Shown: positions 23,101 to 40,395 of the stretch, piece after piece
Position numbering within the stretch: the stretch's first letter is position 1
Layout: each line of letters opens with the position of its first letter
Assembly (NCBI GenBank): GCA_030704615.1
Contig: CM060734.1
Coordinates: forward strand, 55,366,001-55,430,000
DNA from: Takakia lepidozioides
Lineage: Eukaryota; Plantae; Bryophyta
Direction: 5' to 3'
DNA: 64,000 nt
Program-made: the position numbers and the translations under genes
The notes under the pieces: model-generated
Told to the model about the DNA's origin: nothing
Seen by the model: the letters and a program-made list of their open reading frames with translations, nothing else
Databases searched by the model: none

Positions 23101-25736
23101 AAATCATAAAAGAGATGGCTAAGAACCGGCCTCTTGACGTGGTGGGAAACAAAGGCTTCAAAGGTCAGATCTTTGTGTCCTTTCCAAATTCTTGCTGTAT
23201 TCTTTTATTCATTTATGGACATAACTTGGAGAGACGGATGCAGCTAAGCTCCAGTAATACGTGAAGATTGCCGAGGGAAACGCTGCTTGTCCTAGGCTGT
23301 TGAGCCTAGGACAAGCAGCAGATGGGCGGGGATGGGTGTGATTTCTGATTTGGTTGTTATGTTGCAGTGTTGGTTCTGAATGAGGTGGATAAGCTGTCAA
23401 AGGAGGCCCAACATTCACTGCGCCGCACTATGGAGAAATATAGTTCTGCATGCCGACTGGTTCTGTGTTGTAATAGTGCCTCCAAGGTCATTGAAGCTGT
23501 GCGGTCACGATGCCTCAACGTCCGTATCAATGCGCCCTCTAATGATGAGGTGGGTGTGGATGATTATGTGAATCGCATCAGGAAATGAGCAGTGACCATG
23601 TGCGAAATAAAACAGACGCCGTTTTAGGCTTCGTTAAGGTAAGACATGCATTCAGGACTGGGTGGTTTAAAATCAAGCACTTCCTTCTCCTCCAGTTGAT
23701 TCAATTTGTTCTTGATAATCCTCTTCTATGTCCGTGCGTCATGCAGATTGTTGATGTGCTGCTTTTTATAGCAAAGAAGGAAAGTTTGCAGCTGCCACCT
23801 GAGCTTGCTGGCCGTATAGCTCACCATTCCAATCGCAACCTTCGCCGAGCCATTCTTTGCCTTGAAGCTTGCAGAGTGCAACAGTGTGTCCCCTTCCCCT
23901 TCCCTATAATGCACATTGATAAATACTGCATACTTATCTGCACTGTTTCTATTGCATGTATTCCTCTGCAAGAAATGGGGTGTCTTTTCTTCTGTGCCTA
24001 ATGTCTGAAGGCCACACAGGTAGTGCTTTTTTGTTTATCTTGTAAACAGTTTAACTGCAGTGGAGACTTCTAGGTAGGAGTGGAAGCACAGACGGGTATG
24101 ACAAACGCTGGCTTATTGGCAGGTACCCTTTCACACAAAATCAAGTGGTGCAGACAACTGATTGGGAGCAATATATAGTGGAAATTGCATCAGACATAGT
24201 CAATGAACAAAGTCCCAAAAGGTGATGGCCACGATCGTTATGGAAGTGGAAGTGGTGAAATATGCTAAAATATGGCCCAACCTGGCAGGATGGTTTAGTG
24301 TCCAGTGACTGACGATTTAACCATCAGCCTCGACAATTCTAGATAGCATGTTGTCCATTCCATCCGTATTGTATCCTTTTGTTAGATAGATATTACTGTA
24401 ACCTCAAGTTTCACACTAGAGTTGACAATGACTCACAACTCGGGACATTCTGGGTTCAGGCTTTTCATGGTGAGAGGAAAATTTTATGAACTGCTTGTCA
24501 ACTGCATACCTCCTGAAGTCATTCTCAAGGTTAGCCATCTCTCTCAGTGTCTACAGCCACAAGGCCATTGCTAGCAGAGTCTAGTGAATTCATCATTTTC
24601 TTGTTTCGGCTCTCTAGTTTGACAAGATGGGACTTACATAATGGGTGGGTGCAGAGGTTACTGCTGGAGCTAATGAAGAAGCTGGACTCAGAGCTAAAGC
24701 ACGAGGTTTGCCATTGGGCCGCCTTTTATGTAAGCCAATGCTGCTCAATGTAACAATGTGTTGTATAATTCCAACTTTTCCTCTCAAAGATGCCAGTGGT
24801 GGCTGGTGGGAAGGCATTCCCACCTGTCAACATTAGTGTTGACAGAGGTTGTGGCTTGATCTACAGTGGACAATTAACGCAGACTCCAGAGTTTTGAGCA
24901 ATGCATCTTGTGCCGAGACGCTCTTCAGTTGGAATCCCCTAGCTATCAGTTTGGCAAGTCATTGGTCATTGGCCCCACCCACCATAGCTTAAAGGGCAGC
25001 ACAGGCACATGGACTGACCAAGCACTAGCCTATCTGTTGAGACCTATTATATGTTGAGTTAAACTAATTTTCAAGAACCTCTCTGATTTTCCCCATCTGT
25101 TGCTTGTCAAAATAAAAGCAACAACTTTAGATCGTGCTGTTCAATGGGTCCGGATGCACGACGTGCACCTAACATCTCAGGTCCTTTGTAGAAACCATCG
25201 CCATTCTACCTGGCTGCATAGAGGCTAGTGAGATATTGATTTGTTCTATGCCATCAAGTCTAATGAAAGATTATTTTGTTGTTGAATTGTCTGAGCAGGA
25301 GCACCGCATGCAAATGGGGCAGAAGGCAATTTTCCATCTTGAAGGTTGTATATTGCGTGTGCCATGAACTCCTAGATGCATGAGCAGAGTAGAGATCGTG
25401 AAAATACAGAATAGAAAACAGTTTTATGTTGAAGGACCTGTCTTGCCACAGAGAGAGAGAGAGAGAGAGAGAAGACTTCGGGTATGCGTAACTAACAGTT
25501 ACTTCGGCTTCTGGCTGTTGCGCCCTTTTCTCTAGCCATTATGAGGTCATCAGCATTTGACACAGGTAAAATTCATTGCATTTGACACAGGAGTACCAAA
25601 CTATATCACTCCTTAGCATGTTGGACACCTATGCTGATATGTATACCCATTTGTATGGTTGGCTGGTCTGTGTGCAGCGTTCGTGGCCAGATTCATGAGC
25701 ATTTACAAGAAATTTCTGATCGCCACATTTGGGTGA
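20105..25736 (+). CDS. RFC3: Replication factor C small subunit (RFC3/38-kDa type, yeast Rfc5-like), about 11 exons
   Basis: Exons translate to MLWVDKYRPRTLD, CPHLLFYGPTGAGKKT, HVELNPSDAGFQDRYVVQEIIKEMA, VLNEVDKLSKEAQHSLRRTMEKYS...VRSRCL, NRNLRRAILCLE, YELLVNCIPPE, EHRMQMGQKAIFHLE and AFVARFMSIYKKFLIATFG*. Confidence 0.95.
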
Positions 25737-26310
25737 AATGGAAGTTAGCGTCCAATTTCCTCCTCTCTACCTCTGACAGCACCTTTCGGTTGTTTTTAAA
25801 CTTAGTGTTTTTAAACTTCATATGGAATTTGAAGTGCTGAATGAGGTAGGCAGTGGTTTCTAGCAATAAGGGTGTGGTGGGAAGAAACCTAGTATAGGTG
25901 CTTATGTGCCAGGAGAGGCTTACTTGGCCAAAAGAGAAAAGTATTTGGGAGGCAGGAAGTGAAATGTGGGACTACATTTTCAGACAATACCACTGCAGAT
26001 AGTATCCTCCATCCAGTCCCCTTAGAAAATCTGTTGGTGCATGGGATGGTTTAGCTTTGGAAGTGCTGCCTGAGTTTGGCTAGAGATCTTGAAGGGTGCA
26101 CGAAAGTCATGGCCCTGAAGCACGACATAGGGTAGAAGCACCTTTCATGGCACATGTTCCTCATGGTAGTATTCAAAAGTACACCCATGGTGTAACAGTA
26201 TCCCCATTTTTGGAACTGGTTAGGCTGGGGGTGCCAGGGGTAGGCATAAACTTACCCAACGAGAAATGAACTACAATTCACCATCTAACCCATTGCTTAC
26301 ACTCAAATTA

Positions 26311-27922
26311 GGCAAATAGAAGAGGCCCGGGAGTTGAATGCGCCCGGGCCCGGTAAGCGTACGTGGCCCGCCGCTCACCCGCAGCCGCGCCCCCCTAAGT
26401 CTGGCGCCTCAGATCCGCGCGGTCACCGCGTCGACGCCCATGTCGTGGTAGGCCCCACGCAGTCTAGAGTCCCTTTTTCTGTATAACTAACATTAAATTC
26501 GTGCAACTTGTAATGTTGCAGCATGCAGCCCAGTGGTGCAATCGCTCCTTCCTATTTGCTGAAGTGTCAGGGTCGAATTTGAACAGTTCTGCAACTACTA
26601 AGGCTTTTTGCGCTGCTACTTCAAAAAAATTATAAGTCCCGAGTCCATGCCCATCTTCACGCATAGTCACACATTTATGGAAATATATGAGAAATATAGG
26701 GTTGTGGGCCCGGTCTCAGGTTGACATACTTTCAAATCTCATGTAATATGCAAATGCATGAGAAATATATGGACATGCATGTTCCCGATAAGCTCCCAAT
26801 CTTTGTAATTTTGCTACTTCAAAAAAATTGTAAGTAGTTACATGGTGACTATACTTGGATGACCATCTTCGAAAATAGTCATACAGGAAAAAATGTATGG
26901 TCAGGCATGACTACATGAGCTGTCTTCATGCACAAGTCTTGAATGGTATATATTATAATTATGTATGACAAGTATATCATACTTCAAACCATGTATTTCC
27001 ATGCAGTATCAATACTTTATCTCTATGCATAAAAATCTTGTTCTCACGGGTTCAATTTACAATGGATGAGATGGTGACTATGAATCTTCATATCTATACT
27101 CATATCATTCTTTTTATTTTCAATAGTTGCAAAGTCATACATGATTTGAATGGGTTCATATAACAATGAATGAGATGATGAGTATGAATCTTAATATCTC
27201 TACTAATAGAATTCTTTTATTCTTATTACTTGAAAAATAAATTTGCATGTGTCATACATGGAATACATGACATCTGGTATTATTTTCATGCACAGTCATA
27301 CATAAGAAATCAGTTGCATTGTCATACATACATACAGACATACGATGTGATGTGTGTCCATGCAAGACTTCTGTCTGAAGACAACTGATGTATTTCGATG
27401 CATGACCATTTATTTCTCATGTACGACTATGCAAAATGAGCATTTAAACTTGGAACTTTTTTGAAGTTGCAAAATCAAACAAAAACTCTAGTATTATCTG
27501 ACATCATACACTAATTGGTACCCGAACCTGAGACCCCACATGCATGACCATGTATTTCTCATGTATTTTCATACATGTATGACTATGCGTGAAGATGGGC
27601 ATCGACTCAGGACTTAGAATTTTTTTGAAGTAGCAGCGCAAAAAGCCTCAGTTGCAGAACTGTTCAAGTTCGACCCTAAGACCGAAGTTTTCAGGATAGA
27701 GCGATCGCACCACTAGGCTGCGTGCTGCTACACTCCATGTAGCGGGAATTTAATGTTAGTTATACAGAAAAAGGGACTCTAGACTGCGTGGGGTCTACCA
27801 CGACATGGGCGTCGACGCGGTGACCGCTCGGATCTGAGGCGCCAGACTAGGGTGGGCGGCGGACCACGTGCGCTTACCGGGGCCGGGCGCATTCGACTCC
27901 CGGGCCTCTTCTATTACTTGCC
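26311..27922. mobile_element. Non-autonomous Mutator-like foldback element, 1612 bp
   Basis: Long TIRs of about 400 bp (ggcaaatagaagaggcccgggag... / ...ctcccgggcctcttctattacttgcc). A perfect 9-bp TSD CTCAAATTA lies at 26302-26310 and 27923-27931. The interior is AT-rich and non-coding. Confidence 0.92.
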
Positions 27923-28115
27923 CTCAAATTATCCTAGGTAGATGAACCTTCCTGAAAATTGTCCCAACTACAAAATGATGCGACACATAAAGAGCTTTCT
28001 AATGATATCTTCATTTTCAAAAATGGTTAATGGTTAAAATCCAAGGTACCAAAAGCCCACATGTTTTACCCTCAAATTGCTGCAGGTATAATGCAAGATG
28101 AGGGGAAATTTTCAT

Positions 28116-32278
<4,163 letters not shown>

Positions 32279-32634
32279 CTTCAGATACAAAAGAGCGACG
32301 GATAAAATGAATCAAAGAGATGGAGATGTTGGAGATGTAAGCTAAACGACAAGCCGCTCCAAGCAGACAATACGTAACCAACGATTCGCTCGTATCTATT
32401 GATTCAAGGATGGTTCCGTTGGTGTTCCTGTTTGGGTTTTCCAGCGGGCCTGCGCATAATTAGCCGAAGCCGACCACAGCTCTCGGGCATTCTGCCAAAC
32501 TAACGGAGAGGCAAAAATGACCCAACGAGGGAAGAGAAGGGAAGTGGTAGGACGGATGTTCTTTTGGTTGTCACGCCCTGTTTCAAAATAGGAAAGCTCC
32601 TGACACTTTTAGGAGGAGCGGGCATACGGTATGA

Positions 32635-35481
32635 ATGTGGAGATCGTACTATGGGCGCATGCTCTTTCACATCAGAGTTGAAGGGGCCTCCAAAGACAGG
32701 CCTGCAGTGTTCGGTATGCTGACTTCCTTACCGCCCAATTTATCAAGCCCAGAAAACATGTTGAATGTCAAAACACCTGTCTGCGTGAAGAATATTTTGC
32801 AAGGACGGAATTTGGTTAATCTCTTACACATCTCTATGTCGGAGATATGGGAGCTGCACTCGAAGCAATTTTGTTGTCACTGCAAATTATTATGCAGGGT
32901 AGGCGCGTTTCAACTTTGGAATCAGATGCAGTTGTCAGCTAGGAAGCAGAGTTGCAAGGAGGCAATTAACATGTCCACGATCGCCGTTGCTTCTAGTAGA
33001 TGCGGAAGAGACACACAGAAGGGTAAGGGACGCAATAGGGAACCTTCTGGCATTAGCTTGGATATGATGACAGTATGCAAGGAAGGCCGATTAAAGGAGG
33101 CAGTGCAGCTTTTGGATCTAATGGACCAACGAGGCATTCAGGCATATACCGATTTGTATACCTGTCTCTTGCAAGGATGCGTCAAGAAGAAATCCCTGAC
33201 GATTGGCAAGCAGGTCCATGCCCACATTATCAAATCTGGATTCGAGCTAGACGTGTTTTTAGGGAACAACCTTGTTAGCATGTACACCAAGTGTGGGAGT
33301 GTTGTGGATGCGCGCCAAATTTTCGACAAAATGCCAATTCGAAATGTGGTATCCTGGACAGCGATTATATCAGGATATGTTCAGCAAGGGCATGATACAG
33401 AGGCTCTGGAACTCTTCCGGGAAATGCAACAGGAAGGTGTGAAGCCGGACAAATTTACTTTCAGTACTATCCTCAACGCTTGTACAAGCCCAGCTGCCCT
33501 GGGACAGGGCAGGCATGTCCATGTGCTCCTCATCCAATCTGGATTTGAGTTAGACATCCATGTGGGGACTGCCCTGGTCAACATGTATGCCAAGTGTGGA
33601 AGTCTGGTGGATGCACGTCAAGTATTTGACAAAATGCCTATTCGAAATGTGGTCTCATGGACTGCTATCATTTCAGGATTGGCTCAGCAAGAGCACGGTG
33701 AGGAGGCATTTGAACTATTTTGGCAAATGCTTCGAGAAGGTTTAAAGCCTGACAAGGTCACCTTCGTTAGTATCCTCAATGCATGTGCAGGTGCAGCTGG
33801 TCTGGAACAGGGGAAGAGGATCCATTCCCACATCATTGAAGTTGCTATCGAGTCGGATATGCGTCTGGAGAATGCACTTGTCAGCATGTATACCAGGTGT
33901 GGGAGTGTGGTGGATGCACAACAAGTTTTCAAAAAGATGTGGAGAAGAGATGTGGTCTCATGGACACTGATGATAGCAGGATACGTTCAGCTTGGTCACA
34001 CGAAGGAGGCGTTTGATCTTTTTCGGCAAATGCAGCAGGAGGGGGTGAAGCCTGATACAGTTGCTTTGAAAAGCATCCTAAATGCATGTGCTAGTCCAGC
34101 AGCTTTGAGACAGGGCAAGTATATCCATGCCCACATCATCAACAATGGAATTAAGTCAGATATCCGTCTGGAGAATGCCCTCATCAGCATGTATTTCAGG
34201 TGCGGGGAAGTAGTAGATGCCCGACAACTGTTTGACAAAATGTCAGAACGAGATGTGGTCTCATGGACAGTAATGATTGCAGGATATGCTCAGCATGCTC
34301 ATGGTAAGGAGGCATTTGATCTCTTCTGGGAAATGCTCCGAGAAGGCATGAAGCCTGACAAGGTTGTGTTCGTTGCCATCCTCAATGCATGTGCCAGCCT
34401 AGGTACCCTGGAGCAGGGAAAGCGGATCCACACCCACATTATTAAAGCTGAGTGTCCATCAGATGTCATTGTGGGAAACGCCCTTATTGACATGTATGGA
34501 AAGTGTGGGAGTCTAGAGGATGCACATTATGTGTTCAACGAGATGCTGGAAAGAGATGTGATCTCCTGGACTGCAATGATTCTAGGATATGCTCAGCATG
34601 GGCGTGGCAAGGAGGCCCTTCAGTTCTTTCAACAGATGCAACAGGAAGGGATGAAGCCAGACACAGTTACATTTATTGGGGTTCTTTCTTCCTGCAGCAA
34701 TGCAGGTCTAGTGGATGAAGGCCAGTATTATTTCCACTCCATGAGCAGGGATCATGGTGTTACCCCAACAGTGGGGCACTATGGCTGCATGGTTGACCTT
34801 CTTGGCCGTGCAGGACGCTTGGATGATGCAGAGGACTTGATTAAGAAAATGCCATTTGAACCAGATGCTTCTTTGTGGGGAGCCTTGCTCGGTGCCTGCA
34901 GGGTTTATGGAAATGTGGAACTAGCAGAACGTGCGGCCAAATTTACGCTCAGACTCGAACCACAAAATGCAGGGGTGTATGTGCTGCTATCAAACATCTA
35001 TGCAGCTGCTGGCAGATGGGATAATGTGGTAAAGGTTAGAAAAGTGATGGAGGAGAGAGGTTTGAAAAAGGATGCAGGGCGTAGCTGGATTGAAGTCAAT
35101 AACAAGGTACATTCATTTGTTGGAGAAGATAGATCACACCCACAAACACAGGAAATTTATGCCGAGCTGGAGAGACTAACGGAGCAGATGAAGGAGGCAG
35201 GATATGTGCCTGACACCCGCTTTGTATTGCATGATGTCGATCAGCAGCAAAAAGAACTGGCTCTTTACCACCATAGTGAAAGGTTGGCCATTGTTTTTGG
35301 CCTGATTAGCATGCCTCCCGGAACACCTGTCCGCATCACCAAAAACCTTCGCGTATGTGGTGATTGCCACACTGCCACTAAATTCATTTCCAAGATTGTT
35401 GGGCGAGAAATTGTTGCCAGAGATGCCAACCGCTTTCATCACTTCAAGAATGGGGCCTGCTCTTGTGGGGATTATTGGTGA
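32635..35481 (+). CDS. PLS-class PPR protein with E/E+/DYW domain (organellar C-to-U RNA editing factor). The true start may be a downstream Met.
   Basis: Intronless regular L-S-P triplets, then P2-L2-S2 and E1/E2. The tail reads KKDAGRSWIEV...HSERLA...KNLRVCGDCH...CSCGDYW, with the zinc-deaminase residues intact. Confidence 0.96.
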   Translation: MWRSYYGRMLFHIRVEGASKDRPAVFGMLTSLPPNLSSPENMLNVKTPVCVKNILQGRNLVNLLHISMSEIWELHSKQFCCHCKLLCRVGAFQLWNQMQLSARKQSCKEAINMSTIAVASSRCGRDTQKGKGRNREPSGISLDMMTVCKEGRLKEAVQLLDLMDQRGIQAYTDLYTCLLQGCVKKKSLTIGKQVHAHIIKSGFELDVFLGNNLVSMYTKCGSVVDARQIFDKMPIRNVVSWTAIISGYVQQGHDTEALELFREMQQEGVKPDKFTFSTILNACTSPAALGQGRHVHVLLIQSGFELDIHVGTALVNMYAKCGSLVDARQVFDKMPIRNVVSWTAIISGLAQQEHGEEAFELFWQMLREGLKPDKVTFVSILNACAGAAGLEQGKRIHSHIIEVAIESDMRLENALVSMYTRCGSVVDAQQVFKKMWRRDVVSWTLMIAGYVQLGHTKEAFDLFRQMQQEGVKPDTVALKSILNACASPAALRQGKYIHAHIINNGIKSDIRLENALISMYFRCGEVVDARQLFDKMSERDVVSWTVMIAGYAQHAHGKEAFDLFWEMLREGMKPDKVVFVAILNACASLGTLEQGKRIHTHIIKAECPSDVIVGNALIDMYGKCGSLEDAHYVFNEMLERDVISWTAMILGYAQHGRGKEALQFFQQMQQEGMKPDTVTFIGVLSSCSNAGLVDEGQYYFHSMSRDHGVTPTVGHYGCMVDLLGRAGRLDDAEDLIKKMPFEPDASLWGALLGACRVYGNVELAERAAKFTLRLEPQNAGVYVLLSNIYAAAGRWDNVVKVRKVMEERGLKKDAGRSWIEVNNKVHSFVGEDRSHPQTQEIYAELERLTEQMKEAGYVPDTRFVLHDVDQQQKELALYHHSERLAIVFGLISMPPGTPVRITKNLRVCGDCHTATKFISKIVGREIVARDANRFHHFKNGACSCGDYW

Positions 35482-36459
35482 TGATAGATGGAAAGCCATA
35501 AAATAGCACCCTGCAAATGTCTGTGTGTTATGCTCAGTCGTGACTTCCTCATTTGTCAACCTTGCTCAATGGTGGAGGAATGATTACACCATGCATGTCC
35601 AGCTGAGTTTCAACTGCCAGTCCTAAGGGTATGGTTCAATATATACACATTGGATGACAGCTCTATTCTTACAGGTCATGGTATGAGTTGAGGAGGCTTT
35701 CGAAGCGCAGTGATTTGGGTTCCTTGCATATCATCCCTAGTCCTGGACCTGCGGACTTATGCAGCTAACCATCTCAAGGATATGGTCAAAGCTTCTCAAA
35801 GTCGCCCAAGTTTCTGAAGACCCCACTCGACCAACTTGGCTGCACTTTGAATCAAATGGAATCAGAAAATGGATCTTACAGACGCTTCATATCTTGGGAG
35901 TGGCTATTTACCAAAGTCATAACTTGTCTGAAGGTGAGTTATTACTGATCACTCTTAGTTAAGTTCCCAATAGAGTTGGTGCTGTGTGGACTGTTAGTCC
36001 GATCTTGGCAGAAAACGCCATGGATTAGCATGCTGCACTATTTCTTCAGGTGGCATAACGATGGTTCTCTACAGTCTTTTCTACATTCCTGGTAAGATTG
36101 GCCGGTATGCTGGTTTACTGGCTTGTTGGGATGCACCCATGTGAACCGTGATGGGGACATGTGATGTGAACGAGGGACGAGGATAAGTGCTGGTGCTCAT
36201 CGTGGGAAGGGAGCTGTCTCAAAATTCCATGTTTTCCCACCATCCGAGTGCAAATCTGGGTTGGGTGATCCATCTGCCAGAAACCCATGTGGCAATTCTT
36301 GGAGTTTGTTCTCTGGCCATTATGTGTCGGGGAATGAACTACAAGCATAGATCATGTGCTTAGCTCATCCCACACCAGGGGTTATTCTTTCAACTGTGGA
36401 ACGGATAGAGGGGGTTGAGATCTGAGATCTATGTGCAGAGTCTCCATACCCACAATCAG

Positions 36460-39400
36460 ATGAGCCGTCGGCTAGGTGAAGGGCGTAGGTCCCCCACGAG
36501 GCCTCGAATTTCGTGGATATCATTGCTGCTGGTGGCAAGTGGGCTGAGTTTTCTTTACGTGGCGTTCTTGGGTCCCCTACGACAGCTTCCAGGAAAGGAC
36601 CATCCGGTCAGGCTCCCCTTCACTCAACTTCGTTTTTCATTTCATTTCATTTTCGAGGTGGGGGTTGATGAAAAGGGGAGATTTGGGAATGACATTCCCA
36701 AATTTTTAGGGTTTCTAGATGCCTTAGAGATCCTCTCATAGTGGCAAAGCGTGTGGGCAATGATCTATTTCCCATCCCCCCCCCCTCTCTCTCTCTCTCT
36801 CTCTTTGACCCGGATCAATTGTTTATTCCAAGGTAAGTCTTACTATCGGTGTCAGCCCCTGACAAAGGGAGGTTCTGTCCCTTTGTGTTCCGCTCACACT
36901 GGGCGCAGGGTCAATGGCCACAAGGCTACGGCAACATCTTATGATTACCTGCTGTGGATGGTATAAGTTTTCTCTGTTTCTTCTTAATCTCATGAGACAA
37001 CACATAAGATCATGGCAGTGCTCAGAGGGTTTCTTTCCCTTGCTACCTCTCTGCAGATTAAAACTGCTTTGCCAAGAAGCCGATTGGATTAATTTTTTCA
37101 GCCCAAGGCTTGCAACAATTGTACTAGCTGTCTGTAAATTTACCTTTATGACTTGCATTTATGTGGTGGCTCCTTGCCTTCCTTGTCACTCGGCTTTACT
37201 CTGAAGCCCTCAATCATGCACAATGGCTCACTTAAGAAAGAGAATAATTTATGATGGCCACTGGGGTCACATAGGACCTCTGTAACAGTTGAACTGAAAG
37301 GAAAGAAGAAATTAGTCTCTGGTAGGACAAAGTGGAACACCGAAGATCGAGGCCTGTACTTAATGTGTTGACCTTCTGCCAGTGCTTGAGCATAGATATG
37401 TGAGAGTGAATAATTCCAACTTGATCCATTTATTCTTGACCCTCGTCCACCATAACGGCTTGCTCAAATTTGTCTTGTGCCCTTTCAGTACAATTCAGTT
37501 TTTGTATAGAATATTGTACTGGTTTCACTTATCCCGTACCGTACTGCAGATGAGTGATGAAGGGCAGAGACTTGGGAGAGTGAACATGACAGCAGAGATG
37601 CTGAGCACTACCTCTGTTGCACGACAACTAGGTGATCAGATGACAGTGGCGAAGGCCCCGGCAGTGTCCCAAGCTTCCAAAGAGTTCTATCCACATTCTG
37701 TTCTTGCCAGTAATGATACCGGCTGGTAACATTGGCTTGCTTCCACCTGACCAAATCAAATACATTCATACCAAAGGCCCAACCACAAGAATCAGGGTTG
37801 AAATCGGATCGTAGCTTGGGATGTGAGAAGTTCAAGTACTTGTGAAAGCGATGGAAGCTTTCCAGGCAAGTCTCTATGGCACCATTCACATTGCCATGTA
37901 AGGTGATGGAGAACAGTTCTGTGAGGTCACACTGAACAACCACATCATCATCGAGGAACACCACCTACGACCAAAAACAACAAATATGAAATCTTGTATA
38001 GAAACTGAGAATGGCTTGAGTAATATATCATAGATTCAGAATAGAATGCAATCCTGGTCAAAGCTCCCCAAATATACACAAAGATGAGACCTTGCAGCTA
38101 AGAGAAGACAAAGCCAAAAGAAAGGAAAAACACAAGTTACATGCAACTAGAATCGACGTGATATGAACTGTCTGTTTCACTGATGATTTGCCAGTTAACT
38201 TTTACTCTCTTGGCAGGACCATGTTCCTGTTAGCCCATCCTGTCTGTTCGCTTACATAAACTTGAGAGCTTGCAACCATGCCTGGATTGGAACATGCCCC
38301 TTTTGCTTCGAACCTCATTCACTAAGAATTGAACACTAAAAGATCGGGCACTCCTATGATCTAGAATGTTACCTTGTTTAGTGCTGGATACACCTCAGGG
38401 ATGTAAAACCGTAAATGATTTAGCATTGACAAGTACTTTGGGTTACGAAATTTGAGTGTGCTTTTTGAGTCTTGCCCAGCACCCCTGAAGTAATAGCTTC
38501 GAGTTTCAGCATCTTCTAGCTGCTTCAACACTGGGACATATGATGAATTGAGCCATGTATAGTCATCGATGTTCTGGACTTCAACTGTTGCTCCCCTGTA
38601 AGACCAATATAACCCAACACTGACTCTTTAGTGACTGACTGAAATAATGACGACTTCGCTTACTTCCATACCTGAGTTACTCTAGGATCTTCCAAGTATA
38701 AATCGCAGTGTTGCTGTGCTGTTTTGCTGTTTCCTCCAGCTGTACCTAACCATGCATTGGAATTCGACCTACAGACTTGCTGCTCAAATGGTATTTCCAT
38801 TACCCACCTGACAAGCATTCATGCTTGTGTAGGAATCTTCATCCATGTCTTCTAGACCCAGAAAGAGTGAACATGTATGTATATCACACATCACTGGGCG
38901 TAAAGAGGCAATGATTCCTTCAAACAATTATTTGCTGAAAAATGCAAAGGTTATCAACACCCAATCCAGATAGCCTCAGCACCCACATCAGCATGGTACG
39001 GAATATGCATCCCCAACTAACAATGAGGCAGACCAAATGATCGGTGCAGAAGACAACATTCTTGAGTGCTGGTGGGAACTTTTGCAACCTGCTTCAACTG
39101 TCTGTAGCACATATGGAGGCACACTTGTGTCATATCATGGGGCTGTGATGAACCACACCTCCATGACAACCAACCTCATGGCACATGGCCACTCTATCAA
39201 AGCTGGAGGACATTCCTAATACATGCTATACATAATTATTGGATAAGTGATGATTGTACCTGAACTCATTTACCACAAACCATGTCTGCATGGCCCCATA
39301 ATTCATGTGGTCAGTCACCACGTGAAACACCAGCTCATCAGGGTGCCGAGAATTGCAAATGGTTGAGTTCACAACGACTGAAGTAGCCAAAACATTGTCT

Positions 39401-40395
39401 GAAAAAACGCAAAAATGGTAGAAGCTGTTGTCCGTGAGCTTTGGTGAATTCCGGACCTGTTCGACTGATTTGTGTATTGTCAGTCGCATGCCCAGGCAAT
39501 GCAAGCTCTTGGGAACCGCCTCAGCTGCTAGCTGCCCAAACACTGTGCTTTGTACAGCTGCCGCATTCGCTCGCTCCTCCAAAGCCTACATCATAAGCCT
39601 CGTTTGCTCATATCTACTTCATGCTTAGATCTCCAGTGGTATCAATGCACATCATGATCTCTAGTGTGGTGACAATGCCAGCCCTTAAAATTAGCACTAA
39701 GGTAGAAGACCTCCAGAATTTGACCACTGAACTCAAAATTGCAGTGTGTGCTTTTGCCACCCAAACCCTCTTTAATATTGCCAAACACCGAGTACAATCT
39801 TGGGCTGCACAGTTCCCCACACACTCTCATCAAACTCATTGTTGACTTCAAACTTCACCTCTGGTCAACACAAGCTAGCTACACTTCTGAACCCGAAAGC
39901 TCTTTGCATGTGTAGTTCAAAACTATCTTGCCCCAGACCCAATAGGACAGGTCTCAAACCTGTGAGGGAGATGCTTGCCCAATCCCCCCAACTGACACAA
40001 GGTGGTGTCGGATAGGCATTGGGAATCCCTTTCCTCTCTCAGGTCCAACAAAAAGGTTCTATCTTAGTAGACGTTCTTTTTCTTTCTGAATAGCCTGTTA
40101 ATAGAATGTCCTCAAAGACCAATACCTCGCCCAAAAACGGAATGACCTACCTGTATTTGTGCTTTGAGCTTCATAATCATTGTAGCGCTGTCATAGTGAA
40201 GCTCCTTTGCATGGGCAATGAGTGCTGACATCTTCTTTATCACAGGCCCAGCATCCTTTCCAGAGACAGTGGTGCCTCGCAAGGCGGCCTCAGATGAAGC
40301 CCTGGTTAAAGTCAGCGATGAGTAGGTATAAGCCATTGTGGGAGCGCTATGTAAATTATGGGCAAGCATATGTGCAGCAATGCAACATTCATTGA
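36460..40395 (+). pseudogene. GAUT10-like duplicate disrupted by an internal inversion (37659-40294) and deletions
   Basis: Exon 1 and the start of exon 2 are on +, the middle exons are on -, and the last-exon tail is back on +. About 83 bp and 132 bp are lost at the two junctions. There is also a 24-bp in-frame deletion (RLTIHKS vs RLTMEWAMDPQLHKS). Confidence 0.9.

Noticed and set aside
33100-34900. ~300-bp periodic nucleotide repeats (also 57180-58900)
   Set aside because: Fully explained by PLS triplets of PPR motifs.
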